Positions 39,555 to 52,180 of a stretch of 64,000 bases of DNA are shown here, one piece after another. Within the stretch, counting starts at the first letter, position 1; every line of letters begins with the position of its first letter. The stretch lies in NCBI GenBank assembly GCA_046045965.1, contig JBJOKS010000019.1:51361-115360 (forward strand), read 5' to 3'. The notes under the pieces are model-generated. The model was given only the letters and a program-made list of their open reading frames with translations. It had not been told where the DNA came from and searched no databases. The DNA comes from Cyanobacteriota bacterium. Its GTDB lineage: Bacteria > Cyanobacteriota > Cyanobacteriia > Cyanobacteriales > Nostocaceae. The position numbers and the translations under genes are program-made.

Positions 39555-40301
39555 CTATTTTTCTCTCTCCAAAATACTTTCAATTTCTGATAACTGCACT
39601 GGTCCAGAAACATTTTTGCTACTGATAATAAAAGAAGGTGTACCAGAAAGACCTAATTTATAAGCCATTTGTAGGTCTTGTTGAATTGCTTTATCAGCCA
39701 AATTGCTATCGCGTTGAAACTTTGTTAAATCCAACTTGAGATTTTTAGCAATATCTAAATATAAACTTTCACCCAGTTGTTTTTGATTAGTAAAAAGAGC
39801 ATCATGATATGGCCAAAATTTACCTTGTTGATATGCAGACCAAGCAGCTTTGGCCGCAGGTAATGCTTGGTCATGAATTTGCACCAGAGGGAAATGTTTA
39901 TAAACTAAAGTGAATTGATTTGGATATTTTGCTAATAAGTCTTTGAGAGTTTTTTGTGCTTCTGCACAATAAGGACATTCAAAATCAGAAAACTCTATTA
40001 AAACAGTCTTTAATTGCGTCGAACCTGTGGTGGGAGATTCCCCAATTATAGCTTTGGGATTTGTTCTTAAATTCTGTAAAAAGTCCTGTCTTGTTTGCTG
40101 AACTTTTTGTTGCTGTTCTTCCTGATATGCTTGCACACTTTCGATAATTGCTTTGGGATTTTGGCGGATAATTTGTAATACTTGCTGTTCGAGTTGAGGG
40201 TCAATTTTAGTGTTAGCTTGTGCTGGGAGTGACCACAGAAGACACAAACAGAGTAAGCTAAGAATTGCCCAGATACGTAGGTTTGGAAGAATTTTGAGCA
40301 T
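39555..40301 (-). CDS. DsbA family periplasmic thiol-disulfide oxidoreductase
   Basis: Signal peptide; EFSDFECPYC; GTPSF. Confidence 0.9.
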   Translation of the reverse strand: MLKILPNLRIWAILSLLCLCLLWSLPAQANTKIDPQLEQQVLQIIRQNPKAIIESVQAYQEEQQQKVQQTRQDFLQNLRTNPKAIIGESPTTGSTQLKTVLIEFSDFECPYCAEAQKTLKDLLAKYPNQFTLVYKHFPLVQIHDQALPAAKAAWSAYQQGKFWPYHDALFTNQKQLGESLYLDIAKNLKLDLTKFQRDSNLADKAIQQDLQMAYKLGLSGTPSFIISSKNVSGPVQLSEIESILEREK

Positions 40302-40414
40302 GATAAAAGACTAGATCCGTTAATAGGTGATAAGTCAAGAAAAAAACCCCACAACACAGGTGGGGAATAACAAAAAACACAGCTTGGATAAATAAGAAAT
40401 GCTGGGAAAGTAGA

Positions 40415-42394
40415 TTAATTCCCGTTCAAAAATCCAATCAATACTATTCCCAGGATAATCGATCCGCCACCGAGTACAAATGACCAAAAGCGATGATAGC
40501 TATTGACAATTGTGCCACTTTCGCCTTCTAGTTGAATTAAATCCATCCACGGCATTATACCGCGACGGAACCAACCAACAGTTCTTACTTGTTGACTCAA
40601 CAAGCTTTGTACCCGTTTCATGCCAAATAAGAAATTACCAATGGGTCCAAAACGGGAGGCGTAATGTAAATAAAGCATTCCGCTTGGGTCTTGGAGTTTG
40701 AGGTCAGAACCAAATTGATAACCAGCGTCACCACGGCCAATTAATTCTCCTTGTAGCATGGCTGGTTTTCCCCGTAAAGGACTGGCATAGGGGTCTGACA
40801 TTAAAGTAAGGATGTCGGTGGGTGCAGCTTTTGAATAGTCGGGGAACATGACAAAGGCTTTAACTAAAATTCCCACTCCTAAACCAATAAATGGCGCACC
40901 AAGTATTAAGCTGGGGTTGCTGGAAGTGGACAACATGAATAGGCCGATAATTAAACCCAGGACGAAACCAATGGTTTCTGCACCGTAAAGGACGACATCT
41001 AAAAAGAAATTGCCATAAAGCTTACTTTTATTGAGGGTTTTACCTTCACCAATGACTCTTCCCATGTCAAACTCTGTAGTTAAACCCAGTTGTTCTGCAT
41101 AGGTGCTAAGAGCGCGGACTCGTTTACCTGTGAGGGGATGGGTAGAGTGTAATTCCATCCACCAACCCCAAGGGTTAAACATATCCCATAAAAACACGCG
41201 ACCGATTTTTTGCGGGTCAGAAGCGATGCGGTAAGCTGTACCTGTAGAAGTTGCGGCTTTGTGGTCATAAATGCCTAAAGCGCGAGTTCCTTCTATTAAG
41301 CGGCTGGGTTCTTGGGAACGTGAACCTTCTTCAACTATGCCATAGGCAATTTTCACTAAGGCACGAGAAAGTCCGTTAGGGTTGCCTGTGGTTTCCGCTG
41401 CAAAGTGGTCTGCAAAGTATTCTCTGGTGCGAGAGAGATATAAAAGCAAGTAAGTACCGATAATATAAAAGATGTAAGCAACCATACTGGCTGTTTGCAA
41501 AGCATCTTTGAGTTTGTTGTCTCCACCTCCACGGGTAAATCTTCTGGCGGTGCTGTAAACTAGGTAGCAAATCTGTACTAAGGTAGAAGCTACGGTCATA
41601 ACGGCAAAGTCCCAGTGGACGATGTGACCTAGTTCGTGGGCGTAAACGGTAGCAACTTCATCATCATCGAGATAGGTGAAAAGTCCTTGGCTGACGACTA
41701 ACCGCGCACTGTTAGGTAAAGAACCATAGGTAAAAGCTGTGGGGTTTTGGTCGTCAATTATTCCCAGTCTGGGAATTGTAATGTTTTTTTGTTGACAAAC
41801 TTGGCGAATGATTTTTCCTGTTTCTGGACTGAGGTGTTCAATTTCTGCTAAGTTTACCCAACGAGTTTGGTAAAGCCAGCTTTGGCTAAGATCCATCAAG
41901 AAGGGTGAAAGGAAAAAAGCGGCTAGATTGAATACTAAAGTAATACCAATGGCGATCGCTAAACCTGTGAGCGGATCGTTGCTGGTGAGAATTAATACTA
42001 GGCTTAAACCTAAAACGAACACCATGCCAAATAATAAAGCAATGGTAACACCTGATGCTAGAGCTAAACTACCACCTACGCCTCCCATTGCCAAGCTGAC
42101 ACCCGTGGTTAATGCACGTCCCGCTTTGGACTTGGAGACTGATGAGAAAAATGGACGGTCTTGTTCTGCCCATTCTCGCACCTGTGGGTTATCACTATTA
42201 ATTAACTTTTGCCACAGAATTCTGGCTTGTTCGGTGTCGCCTGTTTTTTGATAAGCTTTCATTAGCCACATTTGGGCTGTGAGATAATCTGGAGAATTCA
42301 ATTCTAAAGAATTTGCGGAAAATTCCTCCAGCAAATAAATTGCGTCTTGATAGCGTCCCTGTTGAAAGGCATCTAAGCCTGATTGTAATGACAT
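40415..42394 (-). CDS. M48 (HtpX-like) zinc metalloprotease with N-terminal TPR-like helices
   Basis: PTAFTYG, AHELGH, SRTREYFAD, STHP; multiple TMs; probable ATG 42394. Confidence 0.88.
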   Translation of the reverse strand: MSLQSGLDAFQQGRYQDAIYLLEEFSANSLELNSPDYLTAQMWLMKAYQKTGDTEQARILWQKLINSDNPQVREWAEQDRPFFSSVSKSKAGRALTTGVSLAMGGVGGSLALASGVTIALLFGMVFVLGLSLVLILTSNDPLTGLAIAIGITLVFNLAAFFLSPFLMDLSQSWLYQTRWVNLAEIEHLSPETGKIIRQVCQQKNITIPRLGIIDDQNPTAFTYGSLPNSARLVVSQGLFTYLDDDEVATVYAHELGHIVHWDFAVMTVASTLVQICYLVYSTARRFTRGGGDNKLKDALQTASMVAYIFYIIGTYLLLYLSRTREYFADHFAAETTGNPNGLSRALVKIAYGIVEEGSRSQEPSRLIEGTRALGIYDHKAATSTGTAYRIASDPQKIGRVFLWDMFNPWGWWMELHSTHPLTGKRVRALSTYAEQLGLTTEFDMGRVIGEGKTLNKSKLYGNFFLDVVLYGAETIGFVLGLIIGLFMLSTSSNPSLILGAPFIGLGVGILVKAFVMFPDYSKAAPTDILTLMSDPYASPLRGKPAMLQGELIGRGDAGYQFGSDLKLQDPSGMLYLHYASRFGPIGNFLFGMKRVQSLLSQQVRTVGWFRRGIMPWMDLIQLEGESGTIVNSYHRFWSFVLGGGSIILGIVLIGFLNGN

Positions 42395-42735
42395 GATGAT
42401 ATCCCTGATCAAAAGGGTGTTATTTTTTAAGAATTCAGGAGTCAGGAGTCAGGAGTCAGAATATTTGATAAGTCGGTAGATGATCAAAGAATGATTTTTG
42501 ACGTAACATAACCGTTAAAAAGCTGACTACTGACAGATTATCGCTAAATTTTTACATTCTTTTCATTTATGAATACTCAATAAATACGGGATTTGTCATC
42601 ATTAGTTCGCAAAAGTTAAAGAATTAGGGAACAGGGAACTCTTAACAGGGAACAGGAGGTGATGTTTACTAATGACTAATGACTAATGACTAATGACTAA
42701 TATTAAGATTGTTATATTGTGAATTTAAGGTTGTG

Positions 42736-44043
42736 ATGACTACAGTACAAGTTGCTTCTGCTTTAACTGAAATTGCCCAAAAAACCCGTTTAGCTGCTAG
42801 TAAGTTAGGGGTGCTTTCCACTGAGGAGAAAAATCAAGCTATTGATGCGATCGCTCAAGCTTTAGAATCTGCAAAACAGGAAATTATACAGGCAAATGTG
42901 GCAGATTGTCAAGCGGCGATGGATGAAGGAATCGCTAAACCTCTTTATAAACGTTTGCAGTTAGATGAACATAAGTTAAGAGATGCGATCGCTGGTGTGC
43001 GTGATGTAGGAAAGTTAGATGATCCTGTTGGTAAGGTCCAAATTCATCGAGAAATTGATACTGGTTTAATTCTCAAACGTATTACTTGTCCTTTGGGTGT
43101 TTTAGGAATTATTTTTGAAGCTCGTCCTGAAGCAGCTATTCAAATTGTTTCTTTAGCTATTAAATCAGGTAATGGTGTCATTCTCAAAGGTGGAAAAGAG
43201 GCTTTACGTTCTTGTGAAGCGATAGTTAAAGCCATTAAAAAAGGATTATCTGATACTGCTGTTAACCCGGATGCGGTGCAATTGTTAACCACTAGATCAG
43301 AAATTTTAGAACTTTTAAAATTAGATAAATATGTAGATTTAATTATTCCCAGAGGTTCCAATTCTTTTGTGAGGTTTGTCCAAGAAAATACGCGCATTCC
43401 TGTACTTGGTCATGCCGATGGCATTTGTCATCTTTATGTAGATAAAGAGGCTGATATTGAGAAAGCAATTAATATTACTGTAGATTCTAAAACTCAATAT
43501 CCTGCGGCTTGTAATGCTATTGAAACTTTATTAGTTCATAGCAGTATTGCTGGGGATTTTTTACCCAAAGTTGCTGAATCTTTGCAAGCACAAAATGTAG
43601 AATTAAGAGGTGATGAACGCACTTTAAAAATTTTACATAATATTGATTTAGCAACAGAAATAGACTGGGAAACAGAATATAGTGATTTGATTTTAGCAAT
43701 TAAAATTGTTGATTCGTTAGAAGATGCTATATCTCACATTAGTGAATATGGGTCTCGTCATACAGAAGCAATTGTGACAGAAGATTTAACAGCAGCCAAA
43801 ACTTTTCAAGCCTTAGTAAATGCAGCGGGAGTTTATCATAATTGTTCTACTCGTTTTGCTGATGGTTTCCGTTATGGTTTTGGTGCAGAAGTGGGAATTA
43901 GTACCCAACAAATGCCACCTCGCGGACCTGTGGGTTTAGAAGGGTTAGTAACTTATAAATATCAAATGTGTGGTGATGGACATATTGTGAAAACCTACAC
44001 AGGTGCTAATGCTAAATCATTTACACATCGAGATTTAGAATAA
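42736..44043 (+). CDS. proA: Gamma-glutamyl phosphate reductase
   Basis: [55 protein letters not shown]. Confidence 0.96.
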   Translation: MTTVQVASALTEIAQKTRLAASKLGVLSTEEKNQAIDAIAQALESAKQEIIQANVADCQAAMDEGIAKPLYKRLQLDEHKLRDAIAGVRDVGKLDDPVGKVQIHREIDTGLILKRITCPLGVLGIIFEARPEAAIQIVSLAIKSGNGVILKGGKEALRSCEAIVKAIKKGLSDTAVNPDAVQLLTTRSEILELLKLDKYVDLIIPRGSNSFVRFVQENTRIPVLGHADGICHLYVDKEADIEKAINITVDSKTQYPAACNAIETLLVHSSIAGDFLPKVAESLQAQNVELRGDERTLKILHNIDLATEIDWETEYSDLILAIKIVDSLEDAISHISEYGSRHTEAIVTEDLTAAKTFQALVNAAGVYHNCSTRFADGFRYGFGAEVGISTQQMPPRGPVGLEGLVTYKYQMCGDGHIVKTYTGANAKSFTHRDLE

Positions 44044-44055
44044 TATATAATCACT

Positions 44056-44865
44056 TCATTTTCTAGCTTTTACAAAGAAGGTTGTGGTATCTTCCCAAAC
44101 TCCTTGATCAGTTACGAGTTTTTCGATTTCTGATTTGTATTCAACTTGTAACTGATCTAATTGTTCTGGTGATATTTCTGCTAACAAAGGATGAGCTTTA
44201 AATATTAAATTTAGCAATTTCTCAGATAATTTTCTATTACTGAAATTGCCGTAACTTCCTCTGGGTTCAATTTCCATCTTGATATCTGTAAAACCTGCTT
44301 GTTGTAGCAAATTATGGCACTTTTCAGGAGTACCAAGTGTGGCAAGAATATGTGGTAGTTCAACACCGAAAAATTTAGCACAAATAGTTGTGTAAACAGA
44401 TGCCATATAAGCAGTTTCAGGAGGACAAGTAAATGCAACATATCCTCCTGGTTTTAGGAAGCGATACAACTTTTGTAAACTGGCAGGAATATCAATAAAG
44501 TATACAATTGCTGAACAACAGAAGATGACATCAAAACTACCATCATTAAAATTTATGTGTTCTGCATCTTCTTCAATAAATTCGATATTTTTTAACCCTG
44601 CTGCTGTAACTTTTTCTCTTGCTTGATCTAGCATTCCCGGAGAGATATCTACACCAATAACATAACCTTCTAAACCAACTTTTAAAGCTGCGGGAATGGC
44701 AACTAAACCTGTACCAGTAGCAATATCTAATATTTTTTGTCCTTGCTGAAGGGGTATAGATTCAAGTAACAAAATGGCTTCACGCGGATGGTGAGAACCT
44801 TTTTCTTGATCATAGGCAGTTCTAGAATTGAAAATTTCTATTATCTGCTGTTTGTAATTATCCAT
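44056..44865 (-). CDS. Class I SAM-dependent methyltransferase
   Basis: ILDIATGTG, GVDISPGML, SFDVIFC, LKPGG. Confidence 0.9.
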   Translation of the reverse strand: MDNYKQQIIEIFNSRTAYDQEKGSHHPREAILLLESIPLQQGQKILDIATGTGLVAIPAALKVGLEGYVIGVDISPGMLDQAREKVTAAGLKNIEFIEEDAEHINFNDGSFDVIFCCSAIVYFIDIPASLQKLYRFLKPGGYVAFTCPPETAYMASVYTTICAKFFGVELPHILATLGTPEKCHNLLQQAGFTDIKMEIEPRGSYGNFSNRKLSEKLLNLIFKAHPLLAEISPEQLDQLQVEYKSEIEKLVTDQGVWEDTTTFFVKARK

Positions 44866-45024
44866 AAAATCTACGCAAGAACCATAAATAATCCCATTTC
44901 ACAGCATCAAAACGACATTTCTTCACCCCTGCTAGAAAGCACCCTGCTACCCTGCTATCAAAACGATGGGGTGTTTTTTATTTGGAAGTCCCTGATTCGG
45001 AAGTACCTTAGCACTCAGGACTCA

Positions 45025-45231
45025 TTAAAGAAATTCTCGTAAAAACTCAAAAGGATTATCTTCCCAACATGGTTCAGGTACTAACCACACCAGTTTACTT
45101 TTGATTTCCGCTTCTATTTCATCACTGTCGTCTCTGTCAAACAGTAATATTAAGGCTTCCCAGTCCCGTTGTTTCAGGGTGCTGTATGAGGAAATGTTTA
45201 CCTGTAGATTATCGGAGTAATTCACAAGCAC
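45025..45231 (-). CDS. Small acidic hypothetical protein
   Basis: 68 aa with protein-like composition (RDWEALILLFDRDD...WEDNPFEFLREFL). Confidence 0.5.
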   Translation of the reverse strand: MLVNYSDNLQVNISSYSTLKQRDWEALILLFDRDDSDEIEAEIKSKLVWLVPEPCWEDNPFEFLREFL

Positions 45232-45480
45232 GATTTTAGTTGATTTTACACTAAGTGAGCATATTTGCTGGCAAACGTAATCATCTTAGCCTAAATACTG
45301 TGATTTAAAAGTGACGTGGATCATAATCTTACCAGAAAATTTAGGGAATTTTTCCAGAGTTTTACTGGTATCACATATACAGGATTTAAGTTCAAACCAG
45401 TATAAAATCTAGTTACAAAGACTTTGCTCCATAAAGGTTTTATTGCTGTTAGCTTAAACTGATTACTGAAATATACTGTA

Positions 45481-46167
45481 TCATTCCTGCGGAAACTCAA
45501 CTAATTCTACGCCAAAAACCTCAGTGAAGCACTGAGTTATACAAGAACGTACTTCTAAACATTTGATACCGGGAATCCATTCCGCTAAACTGCCGACGGA
45601 CTTATCTGTAATACCACAGGGTACAATGCGCTCAAAGCCTGTCATATCAGGACAAACATTTAAGGAAAAACCGTGCATAGTCACCCAACGACTAACTTTA
45701 ATGCCGATAGCTGCCACCTTTTTTCCTTCTAACCACACACCCGTAAAACCGGAGATGCGTTCTCCTTGTAAACCATAATTTGCTAATACGCGAATTAACA
45801 CTTCCTCAAGTTGGCGCAAATACCAATGCAAGTCTTGACGATAACGATGCAGATTTAAGATTGGATACCCCACCAGTTGTCCAGGACAATGATAAGTAAC
45901 TTCGCCACCCCTTTCAACTCGATGCACATTATACCCACTTTTGTCAAGGTCAAATTTGAGAAATTCCGGGTTTGCACCTTGCCCCAAAGTGTAGACAGGG
46001 GGATGTTCCAGCAAAATGAGTACATCTTCAAGATTGGGGTTGTTGATGCGTTCTGTGAGTAGCGATCGCTGCCATTGAAGAGCATCTAGATACGGCATTA
46101 ATCCTTTGTTATATAATAAACATCGGTATTGGATGGGTGCATTACTATGGATCATGCCAAAAATCAA
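45481..46167 (-). CDS. lipB: Lipoyl(octanoyl) transferase
   Basis: [46 protein letters not shown]. Start may be ATG 46155. Confidence 0.95.
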   Translation of the reverse strand: MIFGMIHSNAPIQYRCLLYNKGLMPYLDALQWQRSLLTERINNPNLEDVLILLEHPPVYTLGQGANPEFLKFDLDKSGYNVHRVERGGEVTYHCPGQLVGYPILNLHRYRQDLHWYLRQLEEVLIRVLANYGLQGERISGFTGVWLEGKKVAAIGIKVSRWVTMHGFSLNVCPDMTGFERIVPCGITDKSVGSLAEWIPGIKCLEVRSCITQCFTEVFGVELVEFPQE

Positions 46168-46588
46168 TGGTGTAAATGATCAAATATATTTCAAAAAAGC
46201 AAGAATTGAGTCAACAAATGTCAAGCTATGCAAAGGATTTTAAAGGAACGTCAACGAAATAAACTTTATCAACAAGAAAGTGCTACTTTGAATATATAAC
46301 CTCAATGGTGTTGGGAGGAATTATCTGCAATAAGCATCACGCCAAAACAAGAGAAAGGGAATGGCTGATGGTATCTTCAGAAGTTGTTTAAATCTATCAG
46401 AATCAAAACTTCTATCCAGGCTTGCATGATTATATAGATATAGAAAGAGCGAGCCAAAAGCAGAAGCACAACAGCCATACATCAAAAGCAGTTTACAATT
46501 TGTATTGGCGGCAGTGATAGACCTTACCGCAATCTCCGTTCATACAAAAACCATTCACATCAAATAAATATTAAGCGGGAGAGTTTAC

Positions 46589-47224
46589 ATGAAGCTTGTC
46601 ATCCACGGCAAAAATATTGAAATAACCGATGCAATTCGCGAATATGTGCATCAAAAAATTGAAAAAGCAGTTAATCACTTTCAGAACATCACCAACGAAG
46701 TGGATGTCCATTTGAGCGTAGCTCGCAATCCCCGAATTAGTACAAAACAAGCAGCGGAAGTAACTATTTATGCTAATGGTAGCATTATCCGTGCCGAGGA
46801 AAGCAGCGAGAACCTATATGCCAGTATTGACTTGGTTGCAGATAAAATAGCCCGTCAACTGCGTAAATACAAAGAACGACGACAAGACCACAAAACCCAG
46901 CCTATACCAACTAATGAAGCAGTAGTTCCCGAACCAGTAACAGATTTAATAGGCGATCGCACTCCCGAACTACCAGGAGAAGTCGTCCGCACCAAGTATT
47001 TTTCCATGCCCCCCATGACCCTTGCAGAAGCGCAAGAACAACTGCAACTTGTGGGACACGACTTTTATATGTTCCGTAACGCCGAAACAGGAGAGATAAA
47101 CGTCATTTACGAACGTAACCACGGCGGTTATGGTGTGATTCAACCCCGCAACGGTAATGGTCAAACTAACGGAAAAAACGGCAAAACCGCTAATGTTGCA
47201 GTACCAGAAAAGTCTAAAGCTTAA
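46589..47224 (+). CDS. hpf: Ribosome hibernation promoting factor, long HPF (LrtA)
   Basis: [35 protein letters not shown]-terminal [12 protein letters not shown]...[13 protein letters not shown]. Confidence 0.95.
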   Translation: MKLVIHGKNIEITDAIREYVHQKIEKAVNHFQNITNEVDVHLSVARNPRISTKQAAEVTIYANGSIIRAEESSENLYASIDLVADKIARQLRKYKERRQDHKTQPIPTNEAVVPEPVTDLIGDRTPELPGEVVRTKYFSMPPMTLAEAQEQLQLVGHDFYMFRNAETGEINVIYERNHGGYGVIQPRNGNGQTNGKNGKTANVAVPEKSKA

Positions 47225-47229
47225 GTGAT

Positions 47230-47360
47230 GGGGACTGGGGACTGGAGACTGGGGACTGGGGACTGGGAAGATGAGGAAAATAACCTCCTGCCTCCTGCCT
47301 CCTGCCTCCTGCCTCCTGCCTCCTGCCTCCTGCCTCCTGCCTCCTGCCTCCTGCCTCCTG
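47230..47360. repeat. STRR arrays (GGGGACT)n and (CCTCCTG)n
   Basis: Tandem heptamers between convergent hpf and peroxiredoxin genes. Confidence 0.95.
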
Positions 47361-47364
47361 ACTG

Positions 47365-47826
47365 TTACCTTGCAGCCAATTGTTGCAACGTTTTCAAGGT
47401 TTCCTCAACGTGACCTTTAAAGTTCAACATGGAATCAAACACATATTGAACAATGCCGTTTTGGTCAATTACATAAGTCACCCGGCCGGGGATAAAACCA
47501 AAAGCGGTAGTTGCACCGTATAGCTTACGCACTTGATCACCTTTATCACTCAAAAGTGTAAAAGGTAAATTGTGCTTGGCTGCAAATTGCTGGTGAGATT
47601 CTGTAGAATCACCACTTACGCCAATAACTTCTGCACCAGCGGCTTTAAATACTTCATATTGATCCCGAAAAGCGCAAGATTCCATAGTGCATCCGGGTGT
47701 ATCGTCCTTGGGATAAAAATAAAGGACGACAGACTTTTGACCACGAAAATCTCTCAGGCTAACATTTACACCGTTTTGGGCGGGTAGGCTAAAATCAGGC
47801 GCAGTATCTCCAACTTTGATAGACAT
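47365..47826 (-). CDS. Peroxiredoxin Q / BCP
   Basis: [23 protein letters not shown]; probable ATG 47826. Confidence 0.92.
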   Translation of the reverse strand: MSIKVGDTAPDFSLPAQNGVNVSLRDFRGQKSVVLYFYPKDDTPGCTMESCAFRDQYEVFKAAGAEVIGVSGDSTESHQQFAAKHNLPFTLLSDKGDQVRKLYGATTAFGFIPGRVTYVIDQNGIVQYVFDSMLNFKGHVEETLKTLQQLAAR

Positions 47827-47953
47827 ATTAAAAAATTCAAAATTCAAACACTACTTAATAAAATTTTACCTTGTAACCTAGTCTATAGATTTTCCTTGAT
47901 CACGTGCATCAAGCGGGGTAGGGTAGATAGTCATAATATAAACTACTCTGCTT

Positions 47954-49084
47954 ATGCGCCTGACTTCACTCGATGTTTTTCGCGGTATCACCATCGCGGG
48001 TATGATTCTTGTCAACATGGTGGGAGTCGCAGATGATAAATATCCCCTTTTAGACCATGCTGAATGGAACGGTTGTACACCCACTGATTTAGTATTTCCG
48101 TTTTTTCTGTTCATTGTTGGTGTAGCAATGACTTTCTCTTTATCAAAGTACACCGCAGACAATAAACCCACCAAAGAAGTTTACTTACGTATTCTGCGCC
48201 GCGCTGCAATTCTCTTTGTATTAGGATTACTACTTAACGGCTTTTGGAATAAAGGTGTTTGGACTTTTGATTTTAGTAGTCTTCGTTTGATGGGAGTATT
48301 ACAAAGGATTAGCTTAAGTTACCTTTTTGCATCTTTAATAGTTTTAAAACTACCGCGTAAAAGTCAATGGATATTAGCAGGGGTTTTACTTATTGGTTAC
48401 TGGTTAACAATGATGTATGTTCCAGTTCCCGGTTATGGTGTGGGAGTGCTGACACGGGAAGGTAACTTTGGCGCGTTTATTGATAGGTTAATTATTCCCA
48501 AAGCACATTTATATAAAGGTGATGGGTTTAATTTTCTGGGAGATCCAGAAGGATTATATAGTACAATTCCGGCGATAGTTAGTGTTTTGGCTGGTTATTT
48601 TGCTGGGGAATGGATCAGAGATAAAAAACAGACTAATTCACAAACTAGCATGGATTTAGTATTGTTTGGTTTGTGTTGTTTAGTAATTGGGATTATTTGG
48701 GATGTAGCATTTCCCATTAATAAGAAACTTTGGACAAGTTCCTATGTTTTGTTTACCAGTGGTTGGGCGTTAATGTTATTAGCAGCTTGTTATGAATTGA
48801 TAGAAGTGAGGGTAATAAAACGCTGGAGTAAACCTTTTGAGATCATGGGATTAAATGCGATCGCTCTTTTTGTCGCATCTGTTTTGTTAATCAAAATCAC
48901 AGCTAGAACCCAAATTGGCACAGGTGAAACCGCTGTTAGTATCTACAATTGGATTTACCAAAATATCTTTGCATCTTGGGCGGGAAATGCCAACGGTTCA
49001 TTTTTATTTGGGGTTGTCACCGTGTTTTTGTGGTATGGTGTGGCGGTTTTAATGTATCGGAATCGTTGGTTTATTACAGTGTAA
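47954..49084 (+). CDS. Membrane acyltransferase, HGSNAT/NagX-like family
   Basis: RLTSLDVFRG, HAEWNG..PTDLVFPFFLFIVG, GVLQRI, DPEG, PINKKLWTSSY. Confidence 0.85.
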   Translation: MRLTSLDVFRGITIAGMILVNMVGVADDKYPLLDHAEWNGCTPTDLVFPFFLFIVGVAMTFSLSKYTADNKPTKEVYLRILRRAAILFVLGLLLNGFWNKGVWTFDFSSLRLMGVLQRISLSYLFASLIVLKLPRKSQWILAGVLLIGYWLTMMYVPVPGYGVGVLTREGNFGAFIDRLIIPKAHLYKGDGFNFLGDPEGLYSTIPAIVSVLAGYFAGEWIRDKKQTNSQTSMDLVLFGLCCLVIGIIWDVAFPINKKLWTSSYVLFTSGWALMLLAACYELIEVRVIKRWSKPFEIMGLNAIALFVASVLLIKITARTQIGTGETAVSIYNWIYQNIFASWAGNANGSFLFGVVTVFLWYGVAVLMYRNRWFITV

Positions 49085-49172
49085 ATAAAACTCTTGTGGG
49101 ATAAGCATCTTGCCTGTCCCAACTCTGCAAATTATTTACTCGTTACATTCCTCTACAAAACTACCCCATAAA

Positions 49173-50240
<1,068 letters not shown>

Positions 50241-50309
50241 TTATTAATTATAAGTTTTTCATTAAATTCCTCACTCTTTACTTGTAACTCAATCCTCAGC
50301 ACTCAGCAC

Positions 50310-50969
50310 TTAAATATATGGTGAAATATCCTCACCGCAGTCATCAGCAAGGTAGGAAAGAGCGCGAAAGCGTAAACCTACTAACTGTTCATACAATGGG
50401 TTAATTTTGCACATCGGCGGAATGTGTACTATTTTCCGTCCGAATAAAGTCACATCTCTTTCAAAGGGACACTGGGAAGGAATCATTTTACACAAAAATC
50501 TGGCAACTCTGGGATCATGAATTTCTAACCCATCTAACCAGTCCCGCATCGGATGAAGTATATCTGGTGGCTGTAAAGTAAGGTCTTGTCCTTGTTCTGT
50601 ATCTTCTATGGTGTGACTTAGGACTGTTAGAGCTTTTGTGTCTAGTTCCAAAACTTGACAAAACCGTTGCAAAATCTCTTCTTCGCTGGGAGAATATATT
50701 CCATCTGCGATCGCCACCATCACTGCTGTCCGCAAGAAATTTTCCGCTGCTGGTGTACCTTTACCCAATACAGCAACTAATTCCTCTGGTGTAATTATTT
50801 CTAAAGAATTCCAGTCAATACCAGGGGCTAATTCATCCTTGGTAATGCTGTTAATTAACTCCTGTTCTTGGGCATCAAAATTACCATCAGCCCAAGCAAT
50901 AGTTAGTAGTCCACGTAACCAAACTGCTATTTGTTCGCTACTGTAAGGGTTTTGAACACCACTTGTCAT
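50310..50969 (-). CDS. TerB-like plus 'Mo-dependent nitrogenase C-terminal' domain protein
   Basis: IAWADG/VAIADG TerB-like motifs; IPSQCPFERD...IPPMCKINPLYEQLVGLRFRAL. Confidence 0.85.
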   Translation of the reverse strand: MTSGVQNPYSSEQIAVWLRGLLTIAWADGNFDAQEQELINSITKDELAPGIDWNSLEIITPEELVAVLGKGTPAAENFLRTAVMVAIADGIYSPSEEEILQRFCQVLELDTKALTVLSHTIEDTEQGQDLTLQPPDILHPMRDWLDGLEIHDPRVARFLCKMIPSQCPFERDVTLFGRKIVHIPPMCKINPLYEQLVGLRFRALSYLADDCGEDISPYI

Positions 50970-51079
50970 AAAAACTCACGCCTCAAAATTTTCTCAATCA
51001 TTACTAAACTACCTTAATCGTCCGTTTTGCGTTAGAATCCGTCTGAAGAGGATTATTGAGAATTCTTTCTATTTACGAT

Positions 51080-52180
51080 ATGTTTTTTTTTGGAATTGAA
51101 CATGAAGTTGCTTTCCTTAACCATGAAGGAAAATTTGCTGATTTCTCTTGTACAAAGTTTACAGATTTTCAGCAAATAGTTGACAAATTACCTCTATACC
51201 CCAATGATTACCCACAATTAAGGGTTGGTGATGCTGGCATTAAAAAGAAGCGATGGTATATTGAGGGATTTGAAAGATTTGCTGATTCAGAAGAGGTAAT
51301 TGATTGTTTAGCTAAAGGCATCGAAATTAGGACTACTATACATTCTACTATTCAAGGTGCAATTGATGAATTAACAGCCAGTTTTTCTTTACTGCGTGAC
51401 GTAGCTGCTAGTTGGGGATTTTCACCTGTTTTAGTGAGCTTTAATCCCTATACTGGCGTTTTTGAACCCCAACCACCATTAAACGATTTTGAAATTAGGC
51501 AATTACAAGCTTATCCAGATGAACAAACTGCTTATATTTACATGGTTTCCTATGGACCAGATTTAAATATTTCTGTAGCAGATTTACCTATTGAAAATGT
51601 AATTGATATTGGTAAAAAATTGACTTATTACAGTCCTTTTATTGTTCCTTTTAGTTACAGTTCTCCGTTTTATAATGGGAGTATCTGGGAAGGTTTGTCA
51701 GTCAGGACATTTATCAGAACTGGAAAAAGATCAGCAACATTAGTATTTGTAGAAAAACCAAAACAACTAATTAAAAGTGTACCTTCATTAACAAAAATTG
51801 CCCGCATTCCAGCCGAAGTAGGAAGAATCGAATTTAAAGCCTGTGATAGTTGTGATGATTTTGCGATTTATGCAGGGTTATTGGCATTATTAAAAGGTCT
51901 GGCTTTAGATACAACTTTAGAGGGTAGAGCTATTGTACCTGATGCAGCTTTACACCAAATTTCAGCCCGATCAGGATTTGATAATGACGAGATTTTCCTG
52001 AAAGCAAACAAGGTTTTACAAGCTGCTGAAGATGCCCTAAAAAATGACCCAGACATTGTATTTTTAGACCCATTAAAAGTAATTCTGGAACATCGAAAAA
52101 CTAAATCTCATCAACTAATTGAAATGTTTGAAAATCTAGGTTCAATTGAAGAAACACTCAAAAGAACTTATGGTAGGTAA
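51080..52180 (+). CDS. Glutamate--cysteine ligase family 2 (GCS2)-like carboxylate-amine ligase
   Basis: FGIEHEVAF, IEIRT, SSPFYNG...LSVR, RIEFKACD; probable ATG 51080. Confidence 0.7.
   Translation: MFFFGIEHEVAFLNHEGKFADFSCTKFTDFQQIVDKLPLYPNDYPQLRVGDAGIKKKRWYIEGFERFADSEEVIDCLAKGIEIRTTIHSTIQGAIDELTASFSLLRDVAASWGFSPVLVSFNPYTGVFEPQPPLNDFEIRQLQAYPDEQTAYIYMVSYGPDLNISVADLPIENVIDIGKKLTYYSPFIVPFSYSSPFYNGSIWEGLSVRTFIRTGKRSATLVFVEKPKQLIKSVPSLTKIARIPAEVGRIEFKACDSCDDFAIYAGLLALLKGLALDTTLEGRAIVPDAALHQISARSGFDNDEIFLKANKVLQAAEDALKNDPDIVFLDPLKVILEHRKTKSHQLIEMFENLGSIEETLKRTYGR

Noticed and set aside
47225..47413. ORF with LLPPASC/GTGDW repeats (also 52216..52569)
   Set aside because: Translations of STRR heptamer arrays.
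50310..50969. Nitrogenase gene
   Set aside because: The domain name is historical; there are no NifH/D/K motifs and no nif context.
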